The position numbers were made by a program, and so were the translations under genes. The notes beneath the pieces were generated by a model. It made no database searches. It had not been told where the DNA came from and saw only the letters and a program-made list of their open reading frames with translations. A DNA stretch of 64,000 bases, taken from the NCBI GenBank assembly GCA_950097015.1, contig CATNEN010000031.1, forward strand, positions 2,728,001 to 2,792,000, read 5' to 3'. This DNA is from Macrostomum hystrix. Its lineage: Eukaryota; Animalia; Platyhelminthes. Shown here one piece after another: positions 23,650 through 40,260 of this stretch; positions within the stretch are counted from its first letter, which is position 1; every line of letters starts with the position of its first letter.

Positions 23650-26220
23650 ATGTTTTGCCTAACTTACAGTTTGCTAGTCTAAAGGAGTTACAAAGGACAT
23701 TCTTATCTGATATTTCATAAAAAATTCTCATATTTCTTACACATATCTTCTAGCTGAATAATTTTGGTAAATTTATTATTAGTAGAGATTCAGCTTTGTT
23801 AAAGTGGGTTTTAAACCATTAGGGGCCTAAAGCAATTTTTTGTATATTCTAAATATTATTCCAGGAATAATGCCATGTAGCAAAGCAAACTTTGCTGTTG
23901 ATTGTTTATTTGATACAAACTAATAAACATCCAACTGTCTTTCAGGTTCCCAAAAATTGAAATCTAGGAAGCTTATGATATATATTTCTTTTTAGGTGTT
24001 GTATAATTGTATAATCCATTTCTCGTTTCAATTTACCTTGTTTTATCTTCAGTATTTTGGGTATAATCTGATTCTTCTGAGAAGAAGAATAAGGCCTCTA
24101 CTTATTCTACTCAAGCCTAGTTTGGGTAGGCCTACTAAATTGGCTAGTCATAGAAAAAGAAATGTAAATAAAAAACTATTTAATATTAGCTTTTAACAGA
24201 TTTAGAAAACTTTCGTTAAAGAAATTGTGCACTGAAACCCTCCATTTTTTAGATTTTTCAGCACGCATTGTCCAGGAAAGGAGTTAGGCCCTACAATAGA
24301 AAGAGCTTTTCTTTTCCAGCTTGATCGATAGGCCCTAGGTTATTGGCATTGCAACCACGCAGCAACTGTTTCTTGGAAAGATGCAGCAACGTATGTATTT
24401 CGGCAAACTCCTAGTTTGTTGCGTTAAATTATTTTTCTACTTATTTTTCTGATTTCAGCCCAACTGGTGAACCTGTATTTCAGGGACTAATTCACAATTT
24501 TAATAGTCACTATTAACTTAAACATTTACACTTAATTCTAACATCAAAAGTTTGTCTAAACGCGATATAGCAAATAAGTTTACAGTTTATGCACGATATT
24601 ATCAAGGACCATTAGAAGAAGTCAAGAAGAAAATCTGTCTTTAATAATTTTTTTCCAAGAAACGAAGTGTCCTGTTGTTCTAATACGATATTATTTAGAA
24701 CGGGTTTGCCTTGTGACGATCAGAACAACACAACAAATTTTAAAGGTAGGTGCTAAAAAGGATATTGTAAAATTTTCCTTTAAATACCATTGCCTTATAA
24801 TAAGTAAGTTTCTTTAATCCTAAACGAGGAATTTCGTGCTTTCTAAACGGAGCTAAGCTTTTCTTTTGACTTTTAATTCCGCATCCATTTTTTTCTAAGT
24901 AGGCCCATATTTCTTTTTTTAATATCCGTTTCTTAGTTGTTGTCGATTCTGAATTATTGTTGGCCGATTAAGAATCTTGTTACCTAAAGTAAAATATATA
25001 TTTAATTTTTTAAGTTTATTTTTATTTTATATTTCATGAACGAGCTATATAAATTTTATTCGGCTAAAATTGCCAGTATTGACTAATATGATATTGCTAT
25101 TGCTTAGGTCGGAGAGCACATTGTATGTGAAGTAAATAATTTTATATATTGTCTATGATATTAGTTTATGTGTCTAGTTGATAGATTTACTTTTTGACCT
25201 TCGTAAATATAATCTTAGACTTATTTAATCTAAATAAAATGAATAGCCAGTGAACTTAGGGTCATGCTCAATATGTGCATTTGGCGGGAACTAAAAAAGG
25301 GCATCTAGGCTATATGTGCGATACCTAGACACTTCGTCTTACAACTTCATTATCCAGATGACGATCTGTCCAATATCTCAGAGGATGGATGACGGAGAGA
25401 CTTCGTCAGACTTCGGAGAGATGTGTTGTATGCATTGAGTCTCCTTACAATTCAAAGGTGAGGTCAGTTGGCTCAGCTAGTCAAAATTAACAACATTGTC
25501 TCTCAAACTTTTCTGCTACTAGTATCATTTTTTCACAAGCTATTTGAGTTGCTAATTTCATTAGCTCCTTGGTGATGACTGATGTGAATGAGATTTCAAA
25601 CTAAATAAAGGCACTGTACACAGTTGTATTAAATCAATCCTCTAGAGAGTTAATTGATATCTCAGTGGATTATTTGAGCTTAAGGTTGTTTGCTTTGTGT
25701 TGTTCTCCTGAACAGATTTTACTGTTCAATGGCAATTTATGAGGATATGCTGCATATGGATTGGGCAAGGTAAGCCTTTTGTGGCTTTATCAAAATACTT
25801 AACTAGTGGCTAAAACTGCCTATTTGTTCCAGGGGACTGGAACTGGTCAAGATCTTGAATTGGATGAGCATATGTAAAATGACACACTAATTAGATTCAA
25901 GTGCATGCTTTCTGTAAGACACTTCAATTTAGATATTTCTATTTTGTAACTTTCCACAATATTTCAATTTTAGAAATGTGTGAAATTTGATTTCCATTTT
26001 TATTGAACTTAAGCATTAGCTATACCATGTTATAATACAAACTTTTTGTACTAGCTATCCATACTATCAACACTTTACTTTCATTGAAGTATCCAAGGGG
26101 TCGTTTAATAAATCTCAATGCAAGTATTCAACAAAAAATTTACTAAAGAATTGTATAAGATTTAATGGAAAATGTGTTGATTTTCCTTAATATTTAAGCC
26201 TTTATGTCGCACTTGCATAG

Positions 26221-26501
26221 CATACATGCGCAACACCCGGCCGACCCGGCCGAACCGGCCGGGTTAAACGAGGGCCAAGCAAGGTAAGTCGCAAAAACCA
26301 ATCGACCAAGCACAAAAAAATCAAAGGGGGGACCAAGGGACAAAAAAGGAAGGCGTGAAGAAAAGGAAAAAAGGGAGAGAAAAAGAGAGCAAATGAGAGC
26401 AAACTAAGTCGTAAATAGAGCAATGAAACGAACTAAGTCGCAAATGAGAGTAAAAACTAAGTTGCAAGGCTGGCTAAGATTTGGGAGGTTGCGCATGTAT
26501 G
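26221..26501. mobile_element. hAT-type MITE, 281 bp
   Basis: Perfect 14-bp TIR catacatgcgcaac / gttgcgcatgtatg, flanked by an 8-bp direct repeat ttgcatag (26213-26220 and 26502-26509). No ORF. Confidence 0.85.
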
Positions 26502-26692
26502 TTGCATAGCACTAAGTAGATAGTCAATAAAACGGCATGCAGGAAAATTATTTTTTTGTCTTGACAAAGTTTGAAGATTAGACGAGTGAAATGCTGCAAT
26601 CACTGAGCTACAGTCTCTTTAAATACTCATCCATAAAGGAAATTGCAATAAAATTATTGCAGCTCAATTGGGACATCGATTGCGCTGGTTAG

Positions 26693-30669
<3,977 letters not shown>

Positions 30670-31683
30670 AGTCCAGACGTCTGTTGAATCTGCTCGTGCG
30701 ACAGCTTTCTAACTCACTCGGGCGCCCTTCTTATTCACGACTATTAATCACCCTTCAGCGTCTGTCCTGCTTGTTGATTTGGATAGGGGTGGGCGGCAAA
30801 AACGCATAGCTGACAAAGTTTCGATTCGGAAATAGCTGTTTTGATTAAGTTTCAAATTTGCATGCAACCCTCCAAGCGTAAGATTTGGCTACTGTGATAG
30901 TTTGTCTCGCGCACACACCCTTAATAGATACCATAGAACCAAATCAGCGCAATGGTAAATCGGCCCATATTTTACAAGTAATATTATGAGGCCCGCTTGT
31001 TTGTGTGCGTCTGTGTTCAGTGTTTCTTTCTTGTGTACAGTAGATTCGCTTTCCTGTCAGACGCTAGTGTGGTCAGAAATATAACAAGACCCATTATTTT
31101 TTTAAGGTAGTAGAATAGGCCTTCGCAGCATGCTACTTATCTAGTAGTGTTGGCTGTATAAACGTTTCTTATTTGTCTGTTTGTATGCACCACTAGTTTG
31201 TCACTTTGGCTCTATTAATGTGCGCTCGTTAAAATAGTGCAGAACAATAATCAGAGTCTGTGTTTTAGTGGCACTGTTTCTTTGCAGCCTTCTTTTTGTT
31301 TCCATTCCGTAGGAGTTGACCGTTTTTTTAAGTCCTGTTTTCTGTTTCTGTGAAGTTCATTTTCTTGTCCTGTACTCATCATTATCAATATGTCTGCTTG
31401 AAGTATAGGCAATCATTATCCGCGTTAGTTCTAGCTTGGTCTCGGATAAGGATTTCTATACTGTTTATAAAAATTTTATGGGGATTTTCAGGGGAACAGT
31501 TCTGGTTGCTGAATTACTATCAGTAGTACTTGCCGTTCCTGATTTTTTTCTCTTCTTCTTGTGGTCTATTAGTAATATATTTAGCTTGTTAGCCTAGGGC
31601 CTTGTAGAACAGCTTTCAGTGGTTCTAGATTAGCATCAACAAGTTATCTTTTATTGATGTGGCACTTGTACATTTCTTTGTTT

Positions 31684-31689
31684 AATAAA
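31684..31689 (+). terminator. Candidate polyadenylation signal of GOLPH3
   Basis: AATAAA about 1 kb after the stop codon, followed by T/GT-rich sequence. Position only. Confidence 0.3.
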
Positions 31690-31975
31690 TATATATTTAT
31701 CACCTGCTAACTGGGTTTCTCGCGTCACTGGCACCTGTACTGTATTCCTCCCTATTACATAACTGTGTTTAGTAATTCAAGATTATTGTTTATTTTAATG
31801 AATATGATATACTTTGTCTGGCTAAAACTTTTTGTGAGAACCACTCATTATTTGTTTAATGAGGCCCTATCTACCGCAGCTCTCCCATCACTACCTCTGT
31901 AGCCGGGATTGGCAGCCTGTGGGCTAGATACGGCCCTACTGGCCCCTTTCCAACTCCTACGTGTACTTTCCCCTG

Positions 31976-32710
31976 TGTCATCTCCCCCGTCTCATCTCTC
32001 CCTGTCTCATCTCTCCCTGTCCCATCTGTCCCCTGTCTCATCTCTATCTCTACCCTGTCCCATCTGTCCCCTGTCTCATCTGTCCCCTGTCTCATCTGTC
32101 CCATCTGTCCCCTGTCTCATCTCTTCCCTGTCTCATCTGCCCCCTGTCTTATCTCTTCCCAGTCTCATCTCTCCCCTGTCCCATCTGTCCCCTGTCTCAT
32201 CTCTCCCTGTCCCATCTGTCCCCTGTCTCATCTCTTCCCTGTCTCATCTGCCCCCTGTCTTATCTCTTCCCAGTCTCATCTCTCCCCTGTCCCATCTGTC
32301 CCCTGTCTCATCTCTCCCTGTCCCATCTGTCCCCTGTCTCATCTCTCCCCTGTCCCATCTGTCCCCTGTCTTATCTCTCCCCTGTCTCATCTCTCCCTGT
32401 CTCATCTGTCCCCTGTCTCATCTGTCCCCTGTCTCATCTGTTCCCTGTCTCATCTCTCCCTGTCTCATCTGTCTCATCTGTCCCATCTGTCCCCTGTCTC
32501 AGCTCTCCCCTGTCTCATCTCTCCCTGTCTCATCTGTCCCCTGTCTCATCTGTCCCCTGTCTCATCTGTCCCCTGTCTCATCTGTCCCCTGTCTCATCTG
32601 TCCCCTGTCTCATCTGTCCCCTGTCTCATCTCTCCCCTGTCCCATCTGTCCCCTGTCTTATCTCTCCCCTGTCTCATCTCTCCCCTGTCTCATCTCGCCC
32701 CTGTCTTATT
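31976..32710. repeat. Pyrimidine-rich ~16-bp degenerate repeat (ctgtctcatctgtccc)
   Basis: Low-complexity C/T-biased array. It produces the 327-329 aa Ser/Pro/Leu/Cys pseudo-ORFs. Confidence 0.92.
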
Positions 32711-33487
32711 TCTCCTGTTTCATTGTTATCCTGTCTTATCACATCTTTATTATCACTCCTCTATCCCATCTTAACTTCCTTTTCTCCCGTCTTATCTTCC
32801 CATATTTTCCACCATGTCTCACCTCAGCCTTCTTTTCCCCTTGTCTCATCCACCGCATCTTATCCTATCTGCTATCATCTTATGAATCCTTTTATTGAAT
32901 CCCACAGCCATTCCTCTACTCAAAATTGCTCCCCCAGCAACTAAGGTCCCGCTCCCCACAATCAGCTAGCACTCTCGACAGATCTGTGAACCAGTTTTTT
33001 GTTATTTTTTTCTCAGAGTGACGCGCTGCTATAAAATAATGTGACAAAGCTGTACACGTTATTATATCCTCGCTCTCTGCTTGTGCGTCAGTGTACAACT
33101 GTTTCTTTTGTGGGTTATCTCTTTCGTCTGCAGAATAGATTTGGGATTTCACATTGTGGCCACTTGTCGTAAATAAGTTGTTTGCGTGTGCCAGCTAATT
33201 CATTGAAGTGTTTAACTATTTATTTTTTTGCTTTGAATTTTGAGTAAGACAAAACAGCCCTTACCGTTTTCTTTTTTATTTACCCATCTTTGTGCACAAT
33301 GCGATATGAATTTCTCGATAATAAATAAAAATCTTATATCTTTCTGAGCATTAACGTGTGCCGCTTTATCATTTTAGACACTAACCTGTTAGGGTGGCTT
33401 TGGTTTTTTATCTTGCTTCTTTTCAGCTGCTCTGTTTATACCGAGTGCAGTAGTGTTTATTTTTAGCACTTTCAGTCCTGCCTCACT

Positions 33488-34350
33488 GCATTCTGAGCAC
33501 ACTGAATACCGTTTAACCTCTTTCTGGTCAAACTCTAATCGCATTCTGAGCACACTGAATACCGTTTAACCTCATTCTGGTCAAACTCTAATCGCATTCT
33601 GAGCACACTGAATACCGTTTAACCTCATTCTGGTCAAACTCTAATCGCATTCTGAGCAGACTGAATACCGTTTAACCTCATTCTGGTCAAACTCTAATCG
33701 CATTCTGAGCACACTGAATACCGTTTAACCTCATTCTGGTCAAACTCTAATCGCATTCTGAGCACACTGAATACCGTTTAACCTCATTCTGGTCAAACTC
33801 TAATCGCATTCTGAGCAGACTGAATACCGTTTAACCTCATTCTGGTCAAACTCTAATCGCATTCTGAGCACACTGAATACCGTTTAACCTCATTCTGGTC
33901 AAACTCTAATCGCATTCTGAGCACACTGAATACCGTTTAACCTCATTCTGGTCAAACTCTAATCGCATTCTGAGCAGACTGAATACCGTTTAACCTCATT
34001 CTGGTCAAACTCTAATCGCATTCTGAGCACACTGAATACCGTTTAACCTCATTCTGGTCAAACTCTAATCGCATTCTGAGCACACTGAATACCGTTTAAC
34101 CTCATTCTGGTCAAACTCTAATCGCATTCTGAGCAGACTGAATACCGTTTAACCTCATTCTGGTCAAACTCTAATCGCATTCTGAGCACACTGAATACCG
34201 TTTAACCTCATTCTGGTCAAACTCTAATCGCATTCTGAGCACACTGAATACCGTTTAACCTCATTCTGGTCAAACCCTAATCGCATTCTGAGCAGACTGA
34301 ATACCGTTTAACCTCATTCTGGTCAAACTCTAATCGCATTCTGAGCAGAC
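33488..34350. repeat. 53-bp minisatellite, ~16 copies
   Basis: Unit gcattctgagcacactgaataccgtttaacctcattctggtcaaactctaatc, without spacers. Confidence 0.95.
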
Positions 34351-34765
34351 TCGGCTATTTTAATCACATTCTGAGCATACTTGGCTACTTTAAAAACATT
34401 GTGAGCACACTTGGCTACTTTAAAAACATTGTGAGCACACTCAGCTACTTCAATCATAATCTGAGCATACTCGGCTACTTTAAAAACATACTGAGCACAC
34501 TTGGCTACTTTAAAAACATTGTGAGCACACTCAGCTACTTCAATCATAATCTGAGCATACTCGGCTACTTTAAAAACATACTGAGCACGCTTGGCTACTT
34601 TAAAAACATACTGAGCACACTTGGCTACTTTAAAAACATACTGAGCACACTTGGCTACTTTAAAAACATTGTGAGCACACTCAGCTACTTCAATCATAAT
34701 CTGAGCATACTCGGCTACTTTGAAAACATACTGAGCACACTTGGCTACTTTAACCACATTCTGAA
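34351..34765. repeat. 30-bp minisatellite, ~14 copies
   Basis: Unit ctgagcacacttggctactttaaaaacata abuts the 53-bp array and shares ctgagcacact. Confidence 0.92.
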
Positions 34766-36140
34766 ACTCCTTGACACATTTAATTTGGTCCTACATTAAT
34801 CACGTAAGCGCTGGTGCGATGCCCGTGAGTCTTGAGCAGTTTCTTGAACACCCCACCCCCTAGCATCAGTAACCGTCTGGTCAGGAAGTAGCCAAGAGAC
34901 TGGGATCTGTAAATATCCCAGCACGGGTGCGCCTACACTGGGAACAATTGCTTCTCCCACTTCCGGCTGGCAACTTCTCCTTCCCAGTCTCCCATTCCCT
35001 GAGATTGGAGACCATGGTTCTGAAAGCTGCCTTACAGCAACCCAACCCAATACGGCAGCGATCAAACTTGGTGCATTAAAAGCCTGGCTCCCGATCCTGA
35101 ATGAAACTGGTTGAGCTGGCCAGTGCGAAAGTTTACTGTACATCTGTGCACTTTTCCTAATCTTTTTGAATTCTCGAGACCCGGTGCTGTGCGAACTTAC
35201 GTCGGCTCTGAAACAGCCTGTTCGCAGCTCCTCTGCGATCAGGTTCAGGTGCGTGAATGTGTGACCAAAGCATGTACTTTTGTATTCATGTTGTCAGTAA
35301 TTCAGGCCCACTGGATAAGCTCGCGACTTCCCTGAACACGCACCTTTTAATCTTAGATAGATATAGCTAGCCTAAATTTAGGTGAATCTTAAAGTTGCCG
35401 TTTAATAATCACATTTTCAGTGTATTGAAAATCTGCCAATACTACTCATAGTAGAGTAAAATGAGAAATTGTAAATGAAAATTTGCACTAGTAAAATCGA
35501 TCGATAATTGTCAATCGTAACTGTAAAAAGAAAAGGTTCAAATAATTGTTTCTGCTTGTCCCGATACGACAGTTAAAGTTATCAATCTTAGTTTCACAAC
35601 ATTATTATTCATTTTTTTATCAAAGCACCTCTTATAAAGCTTCTACTACCTTTACTACTACCTACCTAAAATTGCGTGTGTATGAAAGTGTTGGTGAAAG
35701 TCAGATTTACTTTTCTACAAACTCTTCTTACTGTACAAGCATGATTGTAAAAGTAAAAAAACTAAATTTAAAAATTACATAGGACGCATTTGCACATGCG
35801 CGCAATCACCATTTTTAGCTGCTTTATCGGCCCTCTGAAGCAGCGGCAGAAAGTGGAATCTCCCGCGTGGAGTACCACTAGAAGGGCCTGTAGAAGAGGG
35901 CCGTTCTTTGAATTCAGTGAATTTCTGCCACCGGAAATGGAGGTCGCGAGCGGAAGCGACGAGTTCTCGGTGAGCATTCTTTTCATTTCCTGTCAGGGCA
36001 GAAGATCATCTCATGTTACAATAGTAATCAAAGCAATTGCATCAATGCTCACATTATTATTGAATCCATTAAACAATTTACGATATGACTTATTGTGTGG
36101 CACGTCGCACAATAATGCTTTCTGAGTTCTGTGCTCACCC

Positions 36141-36154
36141 GTTGCCATAGCAAC
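36141..36154. promoter_or_regulatory. RFX X-box (GTTGCCATAGCAAC)
   Basis: Full match to the GTYNYY-AT-RRNAAC consensus, ~300 bp upstream of the CNBD2-like ATG. Confidence 0.55.
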
Positions 36155-36451
36155 TAACGCTGGCGTGCAATAGAGCTGCCCTAGCCAGCCCTATTTGTCC
36201 GGATCAAATTTTTGTCACAGCTCCCTCGAGCCATGCTCGCCTGAGACTGCTCAGTCAACACGCGCGTTTGCCGGCAGAGTAAACGTTAATTTTTCCTCTA
36301 GAAAGCTTCCCTGTTTAGCCGTGAGCAGTCTATTATTTTTATCCCAGCGCCGAAAGTTGCTCACTGGATAGGCCGAAGTCAGGTGCAGTGTAGGGAGCGG
36401 CAGATATAAATAGGGTCAGTTCTTCCCAGACTCCCTTCTCCTTTCCCTCCC

Positions 36452-39400
36452 ATGAGCGGACTCAGACCACTGAGCTTCCTGCGCGAGATTCTCCAGTTGT
36501 CTGAGCACCATCAGGAAGCAACAGACGGCATGCCGCGACAGTACAGGCCAAATTGGAAGGCCGCCTCGTCCAGCGTGTTGATTCGCAGCCGGACCAGTGT
36601 CGGAACTGACGGCCCTCAAAACTGTCTCTTCCAGCCGCTGGAGTTGCTCCGCAGGAAGGCGCGCATCGTCCGCCTGCTGTGCCGGGTGAGCCTGGCATTC
36701 AGCCTGGTGGCGCGCGAGGCCGGCGTCTGCTCGCAGCAGCAGCGGCGGGAGGATCAGCCGACAGTGGCACGATTCTACTCGGAGCGTGACGGAGCCGAGC
36801 TGGAGTTCGACCCCGGCGATTACAGGTTCAGCTCGGACGAGGAGCACCGCTGGCCGGTGTCGGCTAGGGGCGCCGTGCTCAAACTGCCCCGCTACAGGCA
36901 ACCAAGCGAATCCGACAGAATTCTGGAACTAATGCGGCAGCTCAAATTCTGCCGCAGACTGCCGGCCACGGTGCAGAGGCGAATGGCTGAGCAGGCTTAC
37001 TACATGCGGTGAGGCTTGCTCAGGATGGGATTCAGAGCTCCCTCAAGTTTGTTGAGTAGAGTCTGAGTAGAGTTTGAGTAGAGTCTGAGTAGAGTTTGAG
37101 TACAGTCTGAGTAGAGTTTGAGTATATTCTGCGTAGAGTTTGAGTACAGTCTGCGTAGAGTTTGAGTACAGTCTTAGTAGAGTTTTAGTACAGTCTGAGC
37201 ATAGTCTGAGGATAGTTTGAGTAGAGTTTGAGTAGATTTTTAGTACAGTCTGAGTATAGTTTGAGTACGGTCTGCGCAGAGTTTGAGTTTAGTTTGAGTA
37301 CAGTCTAAGTAGGATAGAGTATTGTACTAGAATTTCGTGCAACCAAATAAATCCTGTTCCTTTAGACTGGAGCGCGGCCGTGACGTACTCCGTGCGGGAC
37401 ACCCAGGCTACTCATTCTACGTGATCTTCTCTGGCCAGGTGCGAGTGTCGCCGGCTCCGGAGGCGCCAGACGCCGAGCCGGTGCTGCTGCGAAAAGGCGA
37501 CGCGTTCGGCGAGCGGACGTTGCTGTTTGGAACGCCGAGAGATGCCACTGTGACAACCGAGAGGCTGACAGAGTTCCTAATTATCTACGACGACTGCTTC
37601 TTCGATTCTGGCCTGGCTGACTGCCTCAGTGAGCAGTATCGCAGAGTTGAGCGGTTTCTCAGGTGGGGATAATTCTTTATCTACTTCGTAGATCCTTATC
37701 TCCTCATGTCCTGATGAAAATAGAATAATAATAATTGCAGGAGGGCTGCGGCAATGGCACATCATTTGGTGACACTAGACCCGCAGCCAGCGAGGAGGCA
37801 ATTTTTCCCATTTCGCTGACTCCTGAGCACAAACTCACACAGGTGTGTACATCTGCCTTGACTTTCTCATCGTCAGGCAGTGTACACTTTCTCTGTGCCT
37901 TGGAGGTTGGCCCTTAAGTGCGTAAATTGCACGACAAGCCCCTAAACCTTCTCTCCGCGGCTGCGCCAAAAGTTAATTTGGCCTCGCCACGGAATCGAGC
38001 TCAGGGACCATGATGCGAAAGGCAAACGCGTTAGACCGTTCTGCCTCACCCTCCTCGTGTCCCCAGTCAGCTGATACTTATCTCCTGGTGTCCTCAGTCA
38101 GCTGATCCTTATCTCCTGGTGTCCTCAGTCAGCTGATCCTTATCTCCTGGTGTCCTCAGTCAGCTGATCCTTATCTCCTGGTGTCCTCAGTCAGCTGATC
38201 CTTATCTCCTCGTGTCCTCAATCAGCTGATCCTTATCCTCAGTCAGCTGATCCTTATCCTCAGTCAGCTGATCCTTATCCTCAGTCAGCTGATCCTTATC
38301 CTCAGTCAGCTGATCCTTATCCTCAGTCAGCTGATTTCTCCGTTTCCTCATGGCCCGCAGGAGCCTGGCCATATTCTCCGGTCTATCCACTGGAGTTCTG
38401 GCCGGACTGTCCAGACGCTGCGCCCTGCTTGAATACCTTGACGGCTCCGTGATTGTCGGCAACTCGCGTCGCACTCAGCTAGTCTGGTTTGTAATCTCCG
38501 GCTCCGCTGACATACTCGGCCAAGTGGCTCGAACTGACCGAGCTGCATCGGCATCTGCCACCGCCGGAGTTGTCGACAAGCAAGCCCAGGGTCTCCTGCA
38601 GAACTGGCTGGCTGAAGTCGACGCTCGCCTGCCTTCCTCAGGGACGGTGGCGACTGCGGCTGCGGCTAAATTGAACCTGTCAGGCCGTCATCGGTCGCCC
38701 TTCCAGCTGCCCGGAGCTGCCAAAAGCGTCGATGTTGGCCAAGATGGCTGCTACCTGGTGAAGGTCGGTCACCTGACACCCGGGAAGTCTTTTGTAAGTT
38801 TTTCTTCCAGTGTTTTTTTTGCAGCTCACGCGTAATCAACAAACATACTAATATAGAACCTGACGAATCTAGAACCTGACGAATCTAGAACCTGACGAAT
38901 CTAGAATCTGACGAATCTAGAATCTGATTAATCTAGAACCTGACGAATCTAGAATCTGACGAATCTAGAATCTGACGAATCTAGAACCTGACGAATCTAG
39001 AATCTGACGAATCTAGAATCTGACGAATCTAGAATCTGACGAAACAAGAATCTGACGAATCTAGAATCTGATTCGTCAGATTCATCTGATTCATCTGATT
39101 CTAGATTAATCTAAAATCTGATTAATCTAGAACCTGACGAATCTAGAATCAGACGAATCTAGAATCTGACGAATCTAAAATCTGATTAATCTAGAACCTG
39201 ACGAATCTAGAATCAGACGAATCTAGAATCTGACGAATCTAGAATCTGACGAATCTAGAATCTGACGAATCTAGAATCTGACGAATCTAGAATCAGACGA
39301 ATCTAGAATCTGACGAATCTAGAATCTGACGAATCTAGAATCTGACGAATCTAGAATCTGACGAATCTAGAATCTAGGACCACGAACGAAACCAAAGCCT

Positions 39401-39827
39401 TCTTTCTCGTTTCTTCCCCCAGGGCTTGTCCTCCATCTTTGATCCCCAATCGCGCGCCCTCTCGCTGGTCAGCCGCGGTTGCGAGATCGTAGCCCTGTCC
39501 AGCCAGGCCCTGCTTTCGGCGGCCAGTCCAGGCCAGCTCGAGTCGGCGCACCTGCTGTACGAGAGTCTGCCCTCCGACAGGCGGATGCGGCGCCGCTGCG
39601 AGCTGCAGTGCGACTGGATGCTGTACAGGCGGCGCGAGGTGCGGGCCACCGTCAACCGGCTGCGCGTCATGTCCGACCGATTCGACAAGACCCACCTGCC
39701 GACGCAGCCGCCGGCCAACTTTGGGCCAAGGGCGCGGAAGCCGCATCGACAGCAACAGCAGCAGCAGCAGCAGCAACGGATCTGCCGGTCCCACTCCGCC
39801 AAACCTAGTCTAACCCCAAACGGATAA
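36452..39827 (+). CDS. Cyclic nucleotide-binding domain protein, CNBD2-like, 4 exons, ~563 aa
   Basis: Exons 36452-37008, 37366-37662, 38361-38793 and 39423-39827, phases 2,2,0. The first CNB domain has an intact phosphate-binding cassette (GDAFGERTLLFGTPRDATV). The second is degenerate with an insertion (GKSFGLSSIF...LSLVSRGCE), followed by a DW..YRR helix typical of CNBD2-like proteins. The start codon is uncertain. Confidence 0.8.
37053..37312. repeat. 11-bp degenerate repeat (gagtagagttt), CNBD intron 1
   Basis: About 23 imperfect copies. Confidence 0.85.
37724..38050 (-). mobile_element. tRNA-derived SINE, family A, copy 3 (CNBD intron 2)
   Basis: Minus-strand head ggcagaacggtctaacgcg...ggtccctgagctcgattcc with an (ATT)n tail. 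Homologous to the other two copies. Confidence 0.8.
38063..38334. repeat. 31-bp then 21-bp tandem repeat (cagtcagctgatccttatc...)
   Basis: About 5 copies of the 31-bp unit followed by about 5 copies of a 21-bp internal-deletion derivative. Confidence 0.9.
38855..39376. repeat. 16-bp minisatellite (gaatctgacgaatcta) with an internal inverted patch
   Basis: About 30 copies in CNBD intron 3. 39070-39108 reads as the reverse complement of the unit. Confidence 0.92.
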
Positions 39828-40260
39828 AGGTCAAGAGCTCGAATCTTCGCGTAACTAACGTTCTATTACCATTGTTTCTCCAACATTTAATTTATAATGG
39901 ACAGATCATTCTGTAACTTTGATTGTAATAAATGACGAATAAAATATATTTTATTCAGGTAAATAACAAACAGTATGCGAATTTTTCTATCGATTTACTT
40001 GATTAATTTTAGCGTAAACCGCAAAAATAGCGTAATGTACATTGCATGACGATGGGAAAGGCAGGGAATATGTACTGTGATTGCTGTTTCTTCAATTCAG
40101 TGCATGCTCAAATTGTGCTACTCAAAGTAGCAATATTGTTTGAAAATAGTTTTTTATTATTTCTGAAATAACAAGACGGTTTTATAATAATGATTTTAAT
40201 AAATGATACTTCTCAATAAAAAAGTCTAAAGGTTTCAGCCCGTAGTGTCAGCTGGTGACC

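Noticed and set aside
35819-35969. Exon-like segment upstream of the CNBD gene (ttttag|...TCG|GTGAGC)
   Set aside because: Splicing it to the acceptor at 36429 is out of frame with the CNBD ORF, and the peptide is unrecognisable. It could at most be a UTR exon.
36405-36421. TATAAA plus TCAGTT as core promoter of the CNBD gene
   Set aside because: The spacing of about 11 nt is too short for a TATA-Inr pair, and there is no TSS evidence.
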